64,000 bases of DNA from Oceanicoccus sp. (GCA_965661375.1 CBFIDJ010000013.1:62455-126454), one strand, 5' to 3'; shown: positions 30,878 to 41,595, counted from the stretch's first letter. Program-made: numbers and translations. The notes: a model not told the origin generated them from the letters alone.

Positions 30878-31135
30878 ATGTGGCCTGCTTTTGTTATTGC
30901 TCTTTTTGCTGGATTTTTAGTCGGATATTTATTTCGAAAAGTCTTTATACGGGACGGGGCGGCCGATGTGCCCAGACTGGAGGCGGAGATAGAGTCTCTG
31001 CAACACGAGGTGGAGCAGGCCAAATCAACCCAAAAGTTATTGGAGCAGGAAGTCGCCGATTTAACTTACAAACTGGGTGAGGAGCAAAAAGCTCGAGCCT
31101 ATGCCGAGCAGCGCTCCGGGTCAGCATCAGAATAA
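30878..31135 (+). CDS. Small membrane-anchored coiled-coil protein
   Basis: GAGA RBS, N-terminal TM helix then a heptad-rich charged segment. Confidence 0.75.
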   Translation: MWPAFVIALFAGFLVGYLFRKVFIRDGAADVPRLEAEIESLQHEVEQAKSTQKLLEQEVADLTYKLGEEQKARAYAEQRSGSASE

Positions 31136-31171
31136 GCAACCACCAGTGTAACGTCTTACTTAAGAGAGGCC

Positions 31172-32137
31172 CTATTGATGATAGTTAAGACAGGCCTTCA
31201 CTTCATTGGCTGCACCGAGAATCACTGGTACGCGCTGATGAATATGTTCAGGTTGAATGTCCAGAATAGGACCCGTATCGGTGTAGGCCGACCCTCCGGC
31301 CTGTTCTACTAAAAGCCCCATGGGGTTGGCCTCATACATCAGGCGTAATTTGCCCGGTTTGTCGGGATCGCGTTGATCCCAGGGGTAAGAGAATATTCCG
31401 CCGCGGCAGAGGATACGATGCACATCGGCAACCATGGCGGCCACCCAGCGCATATTGAAGTTCTTTCCACGCGGACCTTCGGTGCCCGCTAACAAATCTG
31501 TGATATACCGTTGCATGGGCTCTGCCCAGAAACGCTGGTTGGACATATTAATGGCAAACTCTTGGGTTTCGGTGGGGATACTGACCTGCTCCACGGTCAG
31601 CACGAACTCGCCGATGCGCTGGTCAAGGGTGTACATTTGCACACCTTCTCCTGTGGTTAGCACCAGCATGACCGATGGTCCATAGAGTACGTAGCCTGCA
31701 GCGACTTGATTTCGGCCCGGTTGGAGAAAGTCCTGGGCGGACACCTCGCTGGAAGCAGGTGCTTCAAACACAGAAAAGATAGTGCCAACCATGCTGTTAA
31801 TATCAATATTGGATGAACCGTCCAAAGGGTCAAAGGCAACCAAATAATTTCCCGATGGACAGCAACTCACGATATCTTCCTCCTCTTCAGAGGCGAGGGC
31901 CTTAACGGTACCTGATCGCTGCAGGTAATCCTTTAACAGGTCGTTGGAGATAACGTCCAGTTTCTTCTGGGTTTCGCCCTGCACATTTTCTTCACCTGCT
32001 GAACCCAGTATCCCGGACATCGCGCCCTGTTGCAGCCGGCAGGCTATATCCTTACAGGCGATGGCTATGGTATCAATCAGGTTGATTAGGTCGAAGGAGG
32101 TGTGGTTGGCCTGAAGCTGTTGGCTGAGTCGCTGCAT
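31172..32137 (-). CDS. fbp: Fructose-1,6-bisphosphatase class 1
   Basis: [46 protein letters not shown]. Confidence 0.97.
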   Translation of the reverse strand: MQRLSQQLQANHTSFDLINLIDTIAIACKDIACRLQQGAMSGILGSAGEENVQGETQKKLDVISNDLLKDYLQRSGTVKALASEEEEDIVSCCPSGNYLVAFDPLDGSSNIDINSMVGTIFSVFEAPASSEVSAQDFLQPGRNQVAAGYVLYGPSVMLVLTTGEGVQMYTLDQRIGEFVLTVEQVSIPTETQEFAINMSNQRFWAEPMQRYITDLLAGTEGPRGKNFNMRWVAAMVADVHRILCRGGIFSYPWDQRDPDKPGKLRLMYEANPMGLLVEQAGGSAYTDTGPILDIQPEHIHQRVPVILGAANEVKACLNYHQ

Positions 32138-32554
32138 GGTCGGTGTCTCAAAGTTGGAGATGGTCCGTAGAATAATGTCTTAGGGCTATGTGTATCGCTA
32201 CGTCTATAGCTACTAGTAACGCATCATTATGCCAACTCCTCAGGGTGCTGTCAGCTATCACGGCCCTGGCTTTAAGTGACAAAAAACGATGCATCTGTAG
32301 CAGAGGGCTTCTGCTTGCTGGAAGTGGATCACAAAAAAGCGGGAATAATTTAGACTAATTCCTAATGACTCTTTGAACAAGTGATGTCGCCAGTTATTAA
32401 AAACCGCCGGAAAAGTGGTGCCGGAAAATTGGCCGCCATAAACATTTGCTCAACTAGGCTAGTTAAGGTATTGATTTGCTTGCTGAGAGGGGGCGGGTAT
32501 TGAGTTGATCCCAGTTGTTTTATTGTTATTTATGATCGAAGTCTCATCGGATTT

Positions 32555-32570
32555 TGTGATATTTGTCACG
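32555..32570. promoter_or_regulatory. CRP/Vfr-like binding site
   Basis: TGTGA-TATTTG-TCACG (consensus TGTGA-N6-TCACA) with T-rich flanks, in an 840-bp intergenic region. Confidence 0.5.
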
Positions 32571-33025
32571 ACTTTTGCGTGAATGGATCTCGCACAAATA
32601 AAAACCGCCGTCATTTTTTTGTTGTCTGTACTTAAACGCGAACAAGCTGCGCTTATAAACACTGTTTTCATGGCGCTTTATCCCTATGTATTTATACCTA
32701 TCATGATAAGTGACAAAAAAACCACGTCGGAAAAATGGCTAATCAGGTGGCTGCCTGTATTTGGGAAAAGTCCGGCTACTTTTGTATAGCGATGATAAAA
32801 AGACGGAATTATTTCACACTTGCTGAACAGAAAATGCTCATCTAATCTCAGCGTGAACTTGAGGTAAAGCACTGCTATGACAAGGCACAGCTATGACAAA
32901 ACACGGCTATGAAGAGTTGTTAGGTGAAGTGCTGAACCAGTCTCGACGATTTCAGGCGTCATTATTGAAGTTGTTCATTGGAAGTAAAACGGATTAAACA
33001 TTGGCAAAACGCTGAGGATTTAAAA

Positions 33026-33538
33026 ATGAAAATTGCAAAGCTAACAATGTTCGCATTTTTTATCTCTTCAATGGCCCATGCTGTAGATTCACAAGAACTG
33101 GCTGCAAAGAATCTGGACTATTGCAAAGTAAGTTATACGGATAATTATGATGGCACCGCAGGCACCTATCGCGGACAGTGCATGGGTGAAGTACCCCATG
33201 GCAGCGGTCAGGTAAATTTTTACAACGGAGATAAGCTAACAGGCACTTTTGAGCGCGGTGAGTTGGTTGGTGAAGTGACCATTACTTCTTCCGACGGCAA
33301 CGTGTACCAGGGTACCTACCAAGACGGCAAACGACATGGTAGCGGTACTTTTACCTGGGCGAGAGGGAGCCGTTATGAGGGTGAATGGATTGATGACAAG
33401 CGGCATGGAAAAGGTGTGTTTACCTGGGCCAATGGTAATCGCTTTGAAGGTGAGTTTCGCGATAACAAACAGTACAACGGCAAATACTTCACCAGTAATG
33501 GTCATATCTATAAATGTCGACTAGGTCAGTGCAAGTAG
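33026..33538 (+). CDS. Secreted MORN-repeat protein
   Basis: Signal peptide (AHA), repeated Y-x-G-x-(W/F/Y)-x-x-G/D-K-R-H-G-x-G motifs with 23-aa period. Confidence 0.85.
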   Translation: MKIAKLTMFAFFISSMAHAVDSQELAAKNLDYCKVSYTDNYDGTAGTYRGQCMGEVPHGSGQVNFYNGDKLTGTFERGELVGEVTITSSDGNVYQGTYQDGKRHGSGTFTWARGSRYEGEWIDDKRHGKGVFTWANGNRFEGEFRDNKQYNGKYFTSNGHIYKCRLGQCK

Positions 33539-33785
33539 TCGTCGCCTTGAATCAATAGTTACTAACGCAGGAAATAAAAACTGCGCCAGTAACAGGTCGT
33601 TATTGATAGTTGCGAACAGAGTTGCTGACTTTTCTCTATAGCCTCTCTCTGACTTTAATCAATAGAAGTCTGTAGTAGGGAGAGGCATTCTTGGAGTTTC
33701 ATCCCACGTCATACGACCAGTGTTTTTAGCATTGATCCTATGACGTGCTTTTTCCCTAAACAAAGTGACGTTGTTAAGCCGTTGT

Positions 33786-35723
33786 TTAACGGTTCAAGCG
33801 ATGCTCAATTAATTCATCGACCACTGATGGGTCGGCAAGCGTTGACGTGTCTCCCATATTATCCAGCTCGTTGGCGGCGATCTTCCGCAGAATGCGACGC
33901 ATAATTTTTGCTGAACGGGTTTTGGGTAAGCCTGGCGCCCACTGGATTAGGTCTGGTTTAGCAATCGGGCCAATTTCTTTAACGCAGATGGCAACCAGTT
34001 CAGTTTTTAATGCCTCCGAGGGTTCGAGTCCATTCATCAGCGTGACATAGGCATAGATACCCTGGCCTTTTATGTCATGCGGGAAACCCACCACAGCAGC
34101 TTCGGCGATAGCATCGTGTAGTACCAGCGCGCTTTCAATTTCCGCCGTGCCCATTCTGTGACCAGAAATATTCAGTACGTCATCTACCCTCCCGGTAATC
34201 CAGTAATAGCCGTCTTTATCTCGGCGGCAGCCATCACCGGTAAAGTAATAGCCCGGATAGGTACTGAAATAGGTGTCGATCATACGTTGGTGATCGCCAA
34301 ACACAGACCTGATCTGGCTGGGCCAGGAGGCTTTGATCACTAAATTGCCTTCGCCAGGCCCTTCAATTTCTTGACCCTCGGCATCAAGCAAAGCAGGCTG
34401 TACGCCGAACATGGGTTGGCAGGCCGAGCCGGGCTTTAAGGGCGTCGCACCGGGCAGTGGTGTTAACATCTGAGCGCCGGTTTCGGTTTGCCACCAGGTA
34501 TCGACAATGGGTAGCCGTGATTCGCCCACGACACGGTAGTACCATTCCCAGGCTTCCGGATTGATGGGTTCGCCTACAGTGCCAAGAAGTTTGATCGAAC
34601 CGCGGGAGCTGTTAGTGACAAACTTGTCTCCGGCCGCCATCAGGGAGCGAATAGCCGTGGGCGCGGTGTAGAAAATATTGACCTGGTGCTTGTCACAGAC
34701 TTGCCAGAAGCGGGAGGCGTCGGGATAGGTGGGTACCCCTTCAAACAGCAGCGTGATACCGCCATTAGCCAGTGGCCCGTACACGCAATAGCTGTGGCCG
34801 GTAATCCAGCCGACATCGGCGGTACACCAGAACACATCGCCCTCGTGATAATCGAAGGTGTATTTAAAGGTCATGGCCGCCTGTAATAAATAACCTGCAG
34901 TGGTATGCAGCACGCCTTTGGGCTTGCCGGTGGAACCGGAGGTATACAGAATGAATAAGGGATCTTCGCTATCCATCACTGCGGGCTCGCAATCAGCGGG
35001 CACCGTGGCAATCGCTTCGTGATGCCAGATATCCCGCCCCTCGGTCCAGTCAATATCCCCGCCGGTGCGTTGAATGACCACGCAGCTATGCACATTGGGG
35101 CAGTTGGCTAAGGCTTTATCCGCATTGGCTTTCAGGGGAATTTTTTTACCGCTGCGAACACCCTCGTCGGCAGTAATCAGAGTCTGGCAGTCTGAGTCCA
35201 GAATTCTGTCCTTCAGCGCATCGGGCGAGAAGCCGCCAAAGACCACGGAGTGAATAGCGCCAATCCGCGCACAGGCCAGCATCGCGTAGGCGGCTTCAAC
35301 CACCATGGGCATATAGATGCAGACGCGGTCGCCTTTTTTGACGCCACGGTCACGGAGCACATTGGCAAAGCGACAGACCTGCTGATACAGCTCCTGGTAA
35401 GTAATTGCTTTGGAATCACTGGGGTCGTCGCCCTCCCAGATAATCGCTGTTTGGTTGGCGCGTTCGGCCAGGTGGCGATCGATACAGTTGGTGGTGATAT
35501 TGAGTTTGGCGTCGATAAACCAGGCGGCATGGCCTCGTTTAAAATCGTATTCGCAGACCTTGCTCCAGGGTTTATCCCAATCAAGAAACTGTTCCGCCTG
35601 CTCTGCCCAGAATTGCTCTGGCTGCTCAATGGAGGCCTTGTACATGGATTGATATTGCTCGGCATTGATATGGGCCTGAGCTGCAAATGCTGCGGGTACC
35701 GGATAGGTTTTGACCTCGCTCAT
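33786..35723 (-). CDS. acs: Acetyl-coenzyme A synthetase
   Basis: [42 protein letters not shown]. Confidence 0.98.
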   Translation of the reverse strand: MSEVKTYPVPAAFAAQAHINAEQYQSMYKASIEQPEQFWAEQAEQFLDWDKPWSKVCEYDFKRGHAAWFIDAKLNITTNCIDRHLAERANQTAIIWEGDDPSDSKAITYQELYQQVCRFANVLRDRGVKKGDRVCIYMPMVVEAAYAMLACARIGAIHSVVFGGFSPDALKDRILDSDCQTLITADEGVRSGKKIPLKANADKALANCPNVHSCVVIQRTGGDIDWTEGRDIWHHEAIATVPADCEPAVMDSEDPLFILYTSGSTGKPKGVLHTTAGYLLQAAMTFKYTFDYHEGDVFWCTADVGWITGHSYCVYGPLANGGITLLFEGVPTYPDASRFWQVCDKHQVNIFYTAPTAIRSLMAAGDKFVTNSSRGSIKLLGTVGEPINPEAWEWYYRVVGESRLPIVDTWWQTETGAQMLTPLPGATPLKPGSACQPMFGVQPALLDAEGQEIEGPGEGNLVIKASWPSQIRSVFGDHQRMIDTYFSTYPGYYFTGDGCRRDKDGYYWITGRVDDVLNISGHRMGTAEIESALVLHDAIAEAAVVGFPHDIKGQGIYAYVTLMNGLEPSEALKTELVAICVKEIGPIAKPDLIQWAPGLPKTRSAKIMRRILRKIAANELDNMGDTSTLADPSVVDELIEHRLNR

Positions 35724-35914
35724 TGTCGTTCCCTCTACTATTTAACCGTTGTCTGGCGTTTGTTGACATTGCCTGTTGATAGCTGCAGAGGATAGCTGAA
35801 ATACAGCCTGATCGAAACCGGGTTTGTTGAGTGGGTTGCTCTATTAAGATGGAGTTGAGATAGAGAGGAGCCAGGAGGGAATGGCGCTTATTTCGGAGTT
35901 TTTCGTCATCATCC

Positions 35915-35988
35915 GCAAAGCGTGGCTGGGCATACCCTCATCGGTTGGAACCCCACGCCCTTTGAGGATATGCCCAGCCGCGCTTTGC
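35915..35988. repeat. Long imperfect inverted repeat (26-bp arms, 22-nt loop)
   Basis: Arms 35915-35940 and 35963-35988 are reverse complements at 24 of 26 positions. Confidence 0.9.
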
Positions 35989-36130
35989 TGGGTCGCAGAA
36001 TAGGCTAACTGTATTGAAATGCAGGGAAGAGCGAGTTGGAATAGTTAAAGGTGGCTTTCCCTGGCAGATAGTTTTTCAACCATCTGTCAGGGGGGGGCAG
36101 GTGTAGGAAGCGCCTGCTATTGGGCCGCTG

Positions 36131-37015
36131 CTAGTGCGTCGCCAGCATGCCCCAATCCTGGCTGGGATTGAGATTAAGGGTGACATTATCAATCAGGCGG
36201 GGCTTGCCCAGTTTGGCGGCGGCCAGAATGACAATCTGCTCGGTCTCATGGGTGACTTCGCGCAGGGTGTTGGCATCGCGAACGGAAAAATAATCAGGCT
36301 CGAAGCCGGCATTTTTCAGCGCGTCGGTACAGTATTGCTCTAGCTCCTGATAGCTGTCGAAGCCACAGGCGATGGCTTCGCGGCACTCAAGCAGCGTTTG
36401 ATGCAGGGCCGGGGCGATGCTGCGCTCTTCTTCAGTGAGGTAGCCGTTACGTGAGCTAAGGGCTAAGCCGTCCAGATCCCGTGCGGTTTCCTGACCGATT
36501 ATCTCGATAGGCATGCAGAGGTCTTTGACCATTTTTTCAATGATCGCCAGCTGCTGAAAGTCTTTTTTACCAAACACGGCAACATCAGGCTGCACGATTT
36601 GAAACAGTTTGGAAACTACCGTTGCCACGCCGGCAAAGTGGCCGGGACGGCTGGCACCACAGAGGGTTTCGGATAAGTCCGGCACGACTACCAGTGTTTG
36701 GCGGTCCATGCCGTCGGGGTAGATTTCTTCCACATTGGGATGAAACAAATAGTTTACCCCCTCGGCAAAGAGCTTTTCCTTGTCGGCTGCCAGTGTGCGC
36801 GGATAACTCTCAAGATCTTCGTTGACTCCAAATTGCAGGGGGTTAACAAAAATGCTGACGACCACAATATCGGCAACTTGCTGGGCTCGTCGCACCAGCT
36901 GAATATGGCCTTCGTGTAAGTTACCCATAGTGGGTACAAAAGCGATCCGTTTACCGCTAGCTTTTTCGCTGCTAACGGCATTTCGAATTTGTCTATTCGT
37001 GCTGAAAGTTCTCAT
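36131..37015 (-). CDS. panC: Pantoate--beta-alanine ligase
   Basis: [53 protein letters not shown]. Confidence 0.98.
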   Translation of the reverse strand: MRTFSTNRQIRNAVSSEKASGKRIAFVPTMGNLHEGHIQLVRRAQQVADIVVVSIFVNPLQFGVNEDLESYPRTLAADKEKLFAEGVNYLFHPNVEEIYPDGMDRQTLVVVPDLSETLCGASRPGHFAGVATVVSKLFQIVQPDVAVFGKKDFQQLAIIEKMVKDLCMPIEIIGQETARDLDGLALSSRNGYLTEEERSIAPALHQTLLECREAIACGFDSYQELEQYCTDALKNAGFEPDYFSVRDANTLREVTHETEQIVILAAAKLGKPRLIDNVTLNLNPSQDWGMLATH

Positions 37016-37376
37016 TTCACCCAACTTCCTACTATCTATCGAACTCAGGTGATTTACTTTTGATGGTTCATCATTGGTAGGTCACCGGAACTCTGCGCTG
37101 TCAATGTTGCGCTGCCTCGCCAGCATGCTGGCGTAAGGCTGCAGGTTGCTGCGTGTGCCTCTACTGGGGGGGAGGGGCACAGCCTGTTTCGCCTCTGTTG
37201 ATCAGTCAATATACTGAGTATTTACTGACCATTGCTACAGGGGCGGCAAAGTATGCCCCAATCGTTAGGGGGGATCAATCATTTCAAGGCAAATTTGCTA
37301 CAAAATTGTTACCAAAGGAATCATGTGCGAAAAGTAACAAATAAGTGGGGTGAAGGCTGTAATGCGTGAGTCTGGT

Positions 37377-38180
37377 TTAGTTGAAGCCGTGTTCTTGCGC
37401 CGGGAATGTCCCGGTTTTGACTGCTTCATTATAGGCTTTCAGCGCTTCCTGAACGGTGCTTTCAGAGGACATAAAATTGCGTACAAAGCGGGGTTGGTGG
37501 GCGGAAAGCCCCAGCATATCGTGTACCACAAGCACCTGTGCATCGGTGGCGGGGCCGGCTCCAATTCCGATCACGGGAATATTAAGTTCTTCAGTGATCT
37601 GCTCTGCGAGGTTTGTAGGTACACACTCCAGAACCAGCAAGTTGGCGCCAGCCTGCTCAATTCGCTTAGCATCTTCTAGTATCGTAGTGGCTTGTTTGGC
37701 GTCTCGCCCCTGAACTTTAAAACCGCCTAAAGTGTTGACTGACTGCGGAGTGAGGCCCAAATGGGCGCAGACCGGAATACCCCGCTCCACCAGCGCACTG
37801 ATACTGGCCTGCAGCCATTCGCCACCTTCCAGCTTTACCATATGGGCACCGGCCTTCATCAGGCAGGTGGCGCTATCAAGGGTTTGCTCCAGCGTGCTAT
37901 AGCTGCCAAAGGGCAGGTCAGCGATGATCATCGGGCTGGAACAGCCCCGGCTGACGCATTCTGTGTGATAGGCCATTTCTTCGAGGGTAGTGGGCAGGGT
38001 GCTGTCGTGCCCTTGCAGTACCATGCCCAGTGAATCACCGACGAGGATGACTTCGATACCCGCTTGTTCGACCAATCGGGCGAAGGTGGCATCGTAGGTG
38101 GTCAGCACTGCAAATTTTTCCCCTGCTGCTTTATGGGCCTGCAGGGTGGTAATGGTGACTTTACTTTTGGCTTGACTCAT
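37377..38180 (-). CDS. panB: 3-methyl-2-oxobutanoate hydroxymethyltransferase
   Basis: [38 protein letters not shown]. Confidence 0.98.
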   Translation of the reverse strand: MSQAKSKVTITTLQAHKAAGEKFAVLTTYDATFARLVEQAGIEVILVGDSLGMVLQGHDSTLPTTLEEMAYHTECVSRGCSSPMIIADLPFGSYSTLEQTLDSATCLMKAGAHMVKLEGGEWLQASISALVERGIPVCAHLGLTPQSVNTLGGFKVQGRDAKQATTILEDAKRIEQAGANLLVLECVPTNLAEQITEELNIPVIGIGAGPATDAQVLVVHDMLGLSAHQPRFVRNFMSSESTVQEALKAYNEAVKTGTFPAQEHGFN

Positions 38181-38246
38181 AGCTGGTACCTCTAAAAGCG
38201 AAGCCCTATGATCTACTTATAATCAATGGCCTGGCTAGAAAAACGG

Positions 38247-38933
38247 CTAGAAAAAGGTGGGATTAAAGTAGTGGCGACCATTGCGGATATTTAGCAGATA
38301 GTCCACCAACTGCTCATAATCCCGCTGCCGAGTGACAATGTCCAACTCATCGGCATTCACAATGAGCAGCGGCGCATCGTCGTAATACAGGAAAAATTCA
38401 CTGTACGCTTCATTAATATGCTCCAGATACTGCCTGGAAATGCGCTGTTCAAACTCAATGCCCCGGCTTTCGATGCGAGAGAGTAGTACGTCTACCGAGG
38501 CCTGTAAATAGATAACCAGATCGGGTTTGGGGGCGTCGATGGTCAATTGCTGGTAGACCTTATCGTAGAGCAGGAATTCATCCTCGTCGAGATTGAGTTT
38601 GGCGAAGAGTCTATCCTTCTCAATTAAAAAATCGGAAACCTGCACCGGCTCAAAAATATCGCCCTGGCGTAAATCCTGAATTTGCTGGCTGCGCTGGAAC
38701 AGAAAAAACAATTGGGTGGCCAAGGCAGCATTTTTCTGGTTTTGATAGAAGCGTTCCAGAAAGGGATTCTCTTCTGCCTTTTCCAATAAGGTCTGGTAGT
38801 TGAATGTATCCGCCAGTTGTTTTGCGAGCGTAGTCTTGCCAACGCCGATGGCACCCTCTACTGCAATAAACAGCGGAGGGGTACGATTTTGTAAATCTAT
38901 CATGGGTTGGACCGCGTCCTGAATCACATCCAC
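38247..38933 (-). CDS. Deoxynucleoside kinase family protein
   Basis: IAVEGAIGVGKTT P-loop, ENPFLERFY, PDLVIYLQA; folK-dNK-panB order. Confidence 0.92.
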   Translation of the reverse strand: MDVIQDAVQPMIDLQNRTPPLFIAVEGAIGVGKTTLAKQLADTFNYQTLLEKAEENPFLERFYQNQKNAALATQLFFLFQRSQQIQDLRQGDIFEPVQVSDFLIEKDRLFAKLNLDEDEFLLYDKVYQQLTIDAPKPDLVIYLQASVDVLLSRIESRGIEFEQRISRQYLEHINEAYSEFFLYYDDAPLLIVNADELDIVTRQRDYEQLVDYLLNIRNGRHYFNPTFF

Positions 38934-38977
38934 TCTCCGGTTGATTGTCGCCCTGAGCGAAAGTTACTGAAGGCGAA

Positions 38978-39487
38978 TTACTGTGGGCGTATTGTAGGGG
39001 AAGACTCTGGATCAACCAACTGTAAGTCTGGCATCGCCGAGTCGATAATCTGTTGCCGCACAGTTTTACCGTTATGAAGACTGAGCTCGGGGGCAAGATC
39101 TAATAAGGGGATAAGGACGAAGTTTCTTTCCAACAGGCGTGGGTGAGGTACGGTCAGTCTTTCGTTGTTAATGGTTTGCTCGCCATAATAGAGCAAATCC
39201 AAATCCAGTGTTCTGGCTCCCCAGCGTTGCTCTCTTTTTCGCTGATGTTGATTTTCGATGTGTTGCAGTTGATTGAGCAAATCTAACGGGTTTAGTGAGG
39301 TGTTAAGTTCAGCCACGCCATTTACATAATCAGGTTGGTTACCTGGGCCGATGGCTGCACTCTGGTACCAGCGGGAAACGGCGTTGAGTGATGTGTCCGG
39401 TATAGTGTCGAGTTCTGTAACCGCCAGGCTAACTTGTTGTAAAGGTTGCTCCAGATTGCTGCCAATGGCGATAAAACAGCGTTCCAT
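38978..39487 (-). CDS. folK: 2-amino-4-hydroxy-6-hydroxymethyldihydropteridine pyrophosphokinase
   Basis: IAIGSNL, QPDYVNGV, WGARTLDLDLL, LTVPHP, RNFVL. Confidence 0.97.
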   Translation of the reverse strand: MERCFIAIGSNLEQPLQQVSLAVTELDTIPDTSLNAVSRWYQSAAIGPGNQPDYVNGVAELNTSLNPLDLLNQLQHIENQHQRKREQRWGARTLDLDLLYYGEQTINNERLTVPHPRLLERNFVLIPLLDLAPELSLHNGKTVRQQIIDSAMPDLQLVDPESSPTIRPQ

Positions 39488-39533
39488 AGTTGTATGACCC
39501 TATAGTTGTGTGACCCAATGAGTTGAAAAATCG

Positions 39534-40922
39534 TTAGTGATTATTGCTGTGTGGCTTGCGGCGTGAGCGGCGTTTTTTCGGGGGGTGATCTTGCACCGCC
39601 TTCGCCATAGCAAGTTGCTCATCCGGGCTGCGATTCTGGTAGTCGGTCCACCATTTGGTCAGCTCGCCAAGATCTTCACCAGCCTGTTCCCTTAACAGTA
39701 GAAAGTCGTAGGCCGCACGAAAGCGGCGATTTTCAAACAGTTGCTCGGCCTTGTGGCCACCGCGACGCGGGAGTCGTAATTGCAGATCCCAGATTTCCTT
39801 CATCGGTAGGCTAAAGCGTTTAGGAATAGCCGTCGATTTTTGCTGTTCGGTAACGGCTTCCTGGGCGGCCTGATGCATGGCGGCGATTTCATTCTGTCCT
39901 TCATTACACAATTGTTGCTTACGGCGATGCACCACTGGCCATAACATGACAGCAAAGATAAAAGCCGGTGTTACAGGTTTACCCTGTCGGATTCGGATGT
40001 CAGTATTTCTCAGTCCTTGCACAATCAACTCTTCCGCCAGAGGTTCGTTAAGGTCACGATAAGTTTGTGGAAATAAGGGTTGGAATAATTGATATTTCAG
40101 TAGTAGCTCATAGACGGCTACCCCGTATCCGGACATAAGCAGTTTTAAAACCTCATCAAACATACGCGCGGCGGGAATGTCCCGCAGTGAGGCGGCGAGA
40201 CGGATGATCGGTTCTGCGGTTTTTTCATCAATCGTGAAATCCAGTTTGCCAGCAAAGCGCATTACCCGCAGCATGCGAACCGGGTCTTCCTTATAGCGGG
40301 TTTCCGGATCGCCGATAATGCGGATGACACGGTTGTGTAAATCCTGCAGTCCATTAGTGTAATCGTACACAGAAAAGTCGGCATTGGAGTAATACAGCGC
40401 GTTGATGGTTAAGTCACGCCGGATAGCGTCTTCTTCCACGGTGCCAAACACATTATCCCGTAACAGACGACCGTCTTTGGACAGTGCAGACTGTTGGTTC
40501 TTTGGGCGCTTACCTCTGGTGCTCTGCTCGGGCGACTCGTGACTGCCACGAAAGGTGGTAACTTCAATGACCTCGCGGCCAAAGCGCACATGGACAATTT
40601 TGAAGCGGCGGCCAATGATGCGAGCACTGCGAAATAGATTACGCACCTGCTCGGGAGTTGCGTTGGTGGCGATATCAAAATCTTTAGGCCTGCTGCCCAG
40701 CAACAGGTCTCGCACGCCGCCGCCTACTAGAAATCCAGCGAAGCCAGCCTGATGCAGCGTCGTCATCACCTTTAAGGCCGCGTCACTGATATGTTTGCGA
40801 GAAATACGGTGCTGGTCGCGGGGGATAATATGTGGGTCAAGATTTCTGGGGTCGAGTTTTGATACGTCGTTCCCGAGCGCTGATTTAACGCGCTTGATAG
40901 CCTGGGAAAATAGGTTGGTCAT
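39534..40922 (-). CDS. pcnB: Poly(A) polymerase I
   Basis: LVGGGVRDLLLG, PKDFDIAT, IIGRRFKIVH, RRDLTINALYY, EDPVRMLR, FRAAYDFL; ATG at 40922. Confidence 0.97.
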   Translation of the reverse strand: MTNLFSQAIKRVKSALGNDVSKLDPRNLDPHIIPRDQHRISRKHISDAALKVMTTLHQAGFAGFLVGGGVRDLLLGSRPKDFDIATNATPEQVRNLFRSARIIGRRFKIVHVRFGREVIEVTTFRGSHESPEQSTRGKRPKNQQSALSKDGRLLRDNVFGTVEEDAIRRDLTINALYYSNADFSVYDYTNGLQDLHNRVIRIIGDPETRYKEDPVRMLRVMRFAGKLDFTIDEKTAEPIIRLAASLRDIPAARMFDEVLKLLMSGYGVAVYELLLKYQLFQPLFPQTYRDLNEPLAEELIVQGLRNTDIRIRQGKPVTPAFIFAVMLWPVVHRRKQQLCNEGQNEIAAMHQAAQEAVTEQQKSTAIPKRFSLPMKEIWDLQLRLPRRGGHKAEQLFENRRFRAAYDFLLLREQAGEDLGELTKWWTDYQNRSPDEQLAMAKAVQDHPPKKRRSRRKPHSNNH

Positions 40923-41125
40923 AGAATCGCTGTGTCGATAAAGTTTAATAAAACAGTTAAATATTCCCTTCGCCAAATGCAGGCAGGTCAATGTCCGCGC
41001 GGATAGTAACACAGATACCAGCAAGCATAGCGCGATGGCACGTTTTTGATGGTAGTAGAGTGGTGTGGATATTCGATTGAGGGCGAGGTCTGTAAGATTA
41101 AAACAGGTGTCGGTTAAGTGAGGCG

Positions 41126-41222
41126 AAACGGAGGTGGTGTAACGATGAAGGGAAAACGGTTGTTTTCCCCCATCCAGGTCTCGGTTTATTGTTTTTATTA
41201 GGGCATTTTTTATTCTTATTGA
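41126..41222 (-). ncRNA. crcZ: Predicted short CrcZ-like sRNA, copy B (pcnB-proximal); boundaries approximate
   Basis: Starts about 12 nt after a sigma54 -12 element; AAUAAGAAUAAAAAA and AAUAAAAACAAUAAA motifs, 18-nt core shared with copy A, hairpin at 41144-41174, ACCUCC tail; sits at the crcZ position (cbrB-pcnB). Confidence 0.72.
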
Positions 41223-41232
41223 CAGAGATGTT

Positions 41233-41248
41233 AGCAATCGCTGTGCCA
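41233..41248 (-). promoter_or_regulatory. sigma54 -24/-12 promoter B
   Basis: TGGCACAGCGATTGCT on the minus strand, near-perfect TGGCAC-N5-TTGCW. Confidence 0.88.
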
Positions 41249-41266
41249 AAAAAAATAACTCTTTAA

Positions 41267-41279
41267 AATCAGTGGCTTA
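41267..41279. promoter_or_regulatory. IHF site B
   Basis: AATCAGTGGCTTA matches WATCAR-N4-TTR, 20 bp from the -24 GG, same distance as site A. Confidence 0.65.
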
Positions 41280-41320
41280 AGGTTTTTGGTGTCAGTGGGC
41301 GGACAGTTATTTGTGGCTTT

Positions 41321-41369
41321 TGTTACGCATTCACTCGCCATTGGTTACGTTGTTGATGAATTGGTAACA
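41321..41369. promoter_or_regulatory. CbrB-type enhancer B (three GTTAC subsites)
   Basis: TGTTAC(41321)-N16-GGTTAC(41343)-N15-GTAACA(41364); TGTTAC/GTAACA is the reported CbrB site at Pseudomonas crcZ. Confidence 0.75.
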
Positions 41370-41541
41370 ACCTGTTTCAAGCTTTTAGGGTTTTAACAAC
41401 TACTTGCAATCAACAAAAAAAATGATTGAAGCAATTGCTATATCGAAGAGTGTTTGCCCAGGAAGTGATGAGCATTAGAGGTGAGATCGAGAGCCAAGGA
41501 TCAACCCTATTGTATGGTGGATTTCCGAGGTTTGTTTTTTT

Positions 41542-41595
41542 GAGATTAAGAGATAGGGACTAACGAGATTGAGAGATAGGCTCTAACGGATTGAG
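41542..41595 (+). repeat. Imperfect 23-nt tandem repeat (2 copies plus a partial)
   Basis: GAGATTAAGAGATAGGGACTAAC / GAGATTGAGAGATAGGCTCTAAC / GGATTGAG. Confidence 0.8.

Noticed and set aside
32459-32872. Small ORFs of 62-70 aa in the fbp-MORN gap
   Set aside because: No RBS or recognisable motif, and they overlap each other on opposite strands; probably chance ORFs in AT-rich DNA.
37245-37260. Third sigma54 promoter (TGGGGCATACTTTGCC) in the panB-panC spacer
   Set aside because: GG-N10-GC spacing fits, but the -24 element lacks CAC and the three-subsite/IHF geometry is absent; too weak to list as a feature.
40923-41249. 109-codon N-terminal extension of pcnB in the ORF track
   Set aside because: It runs through sigma54 promoter B and predicted sRNA B and does not resemble PcnB. 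The in-frame ATG at 40922 gives a normal N-terminus.
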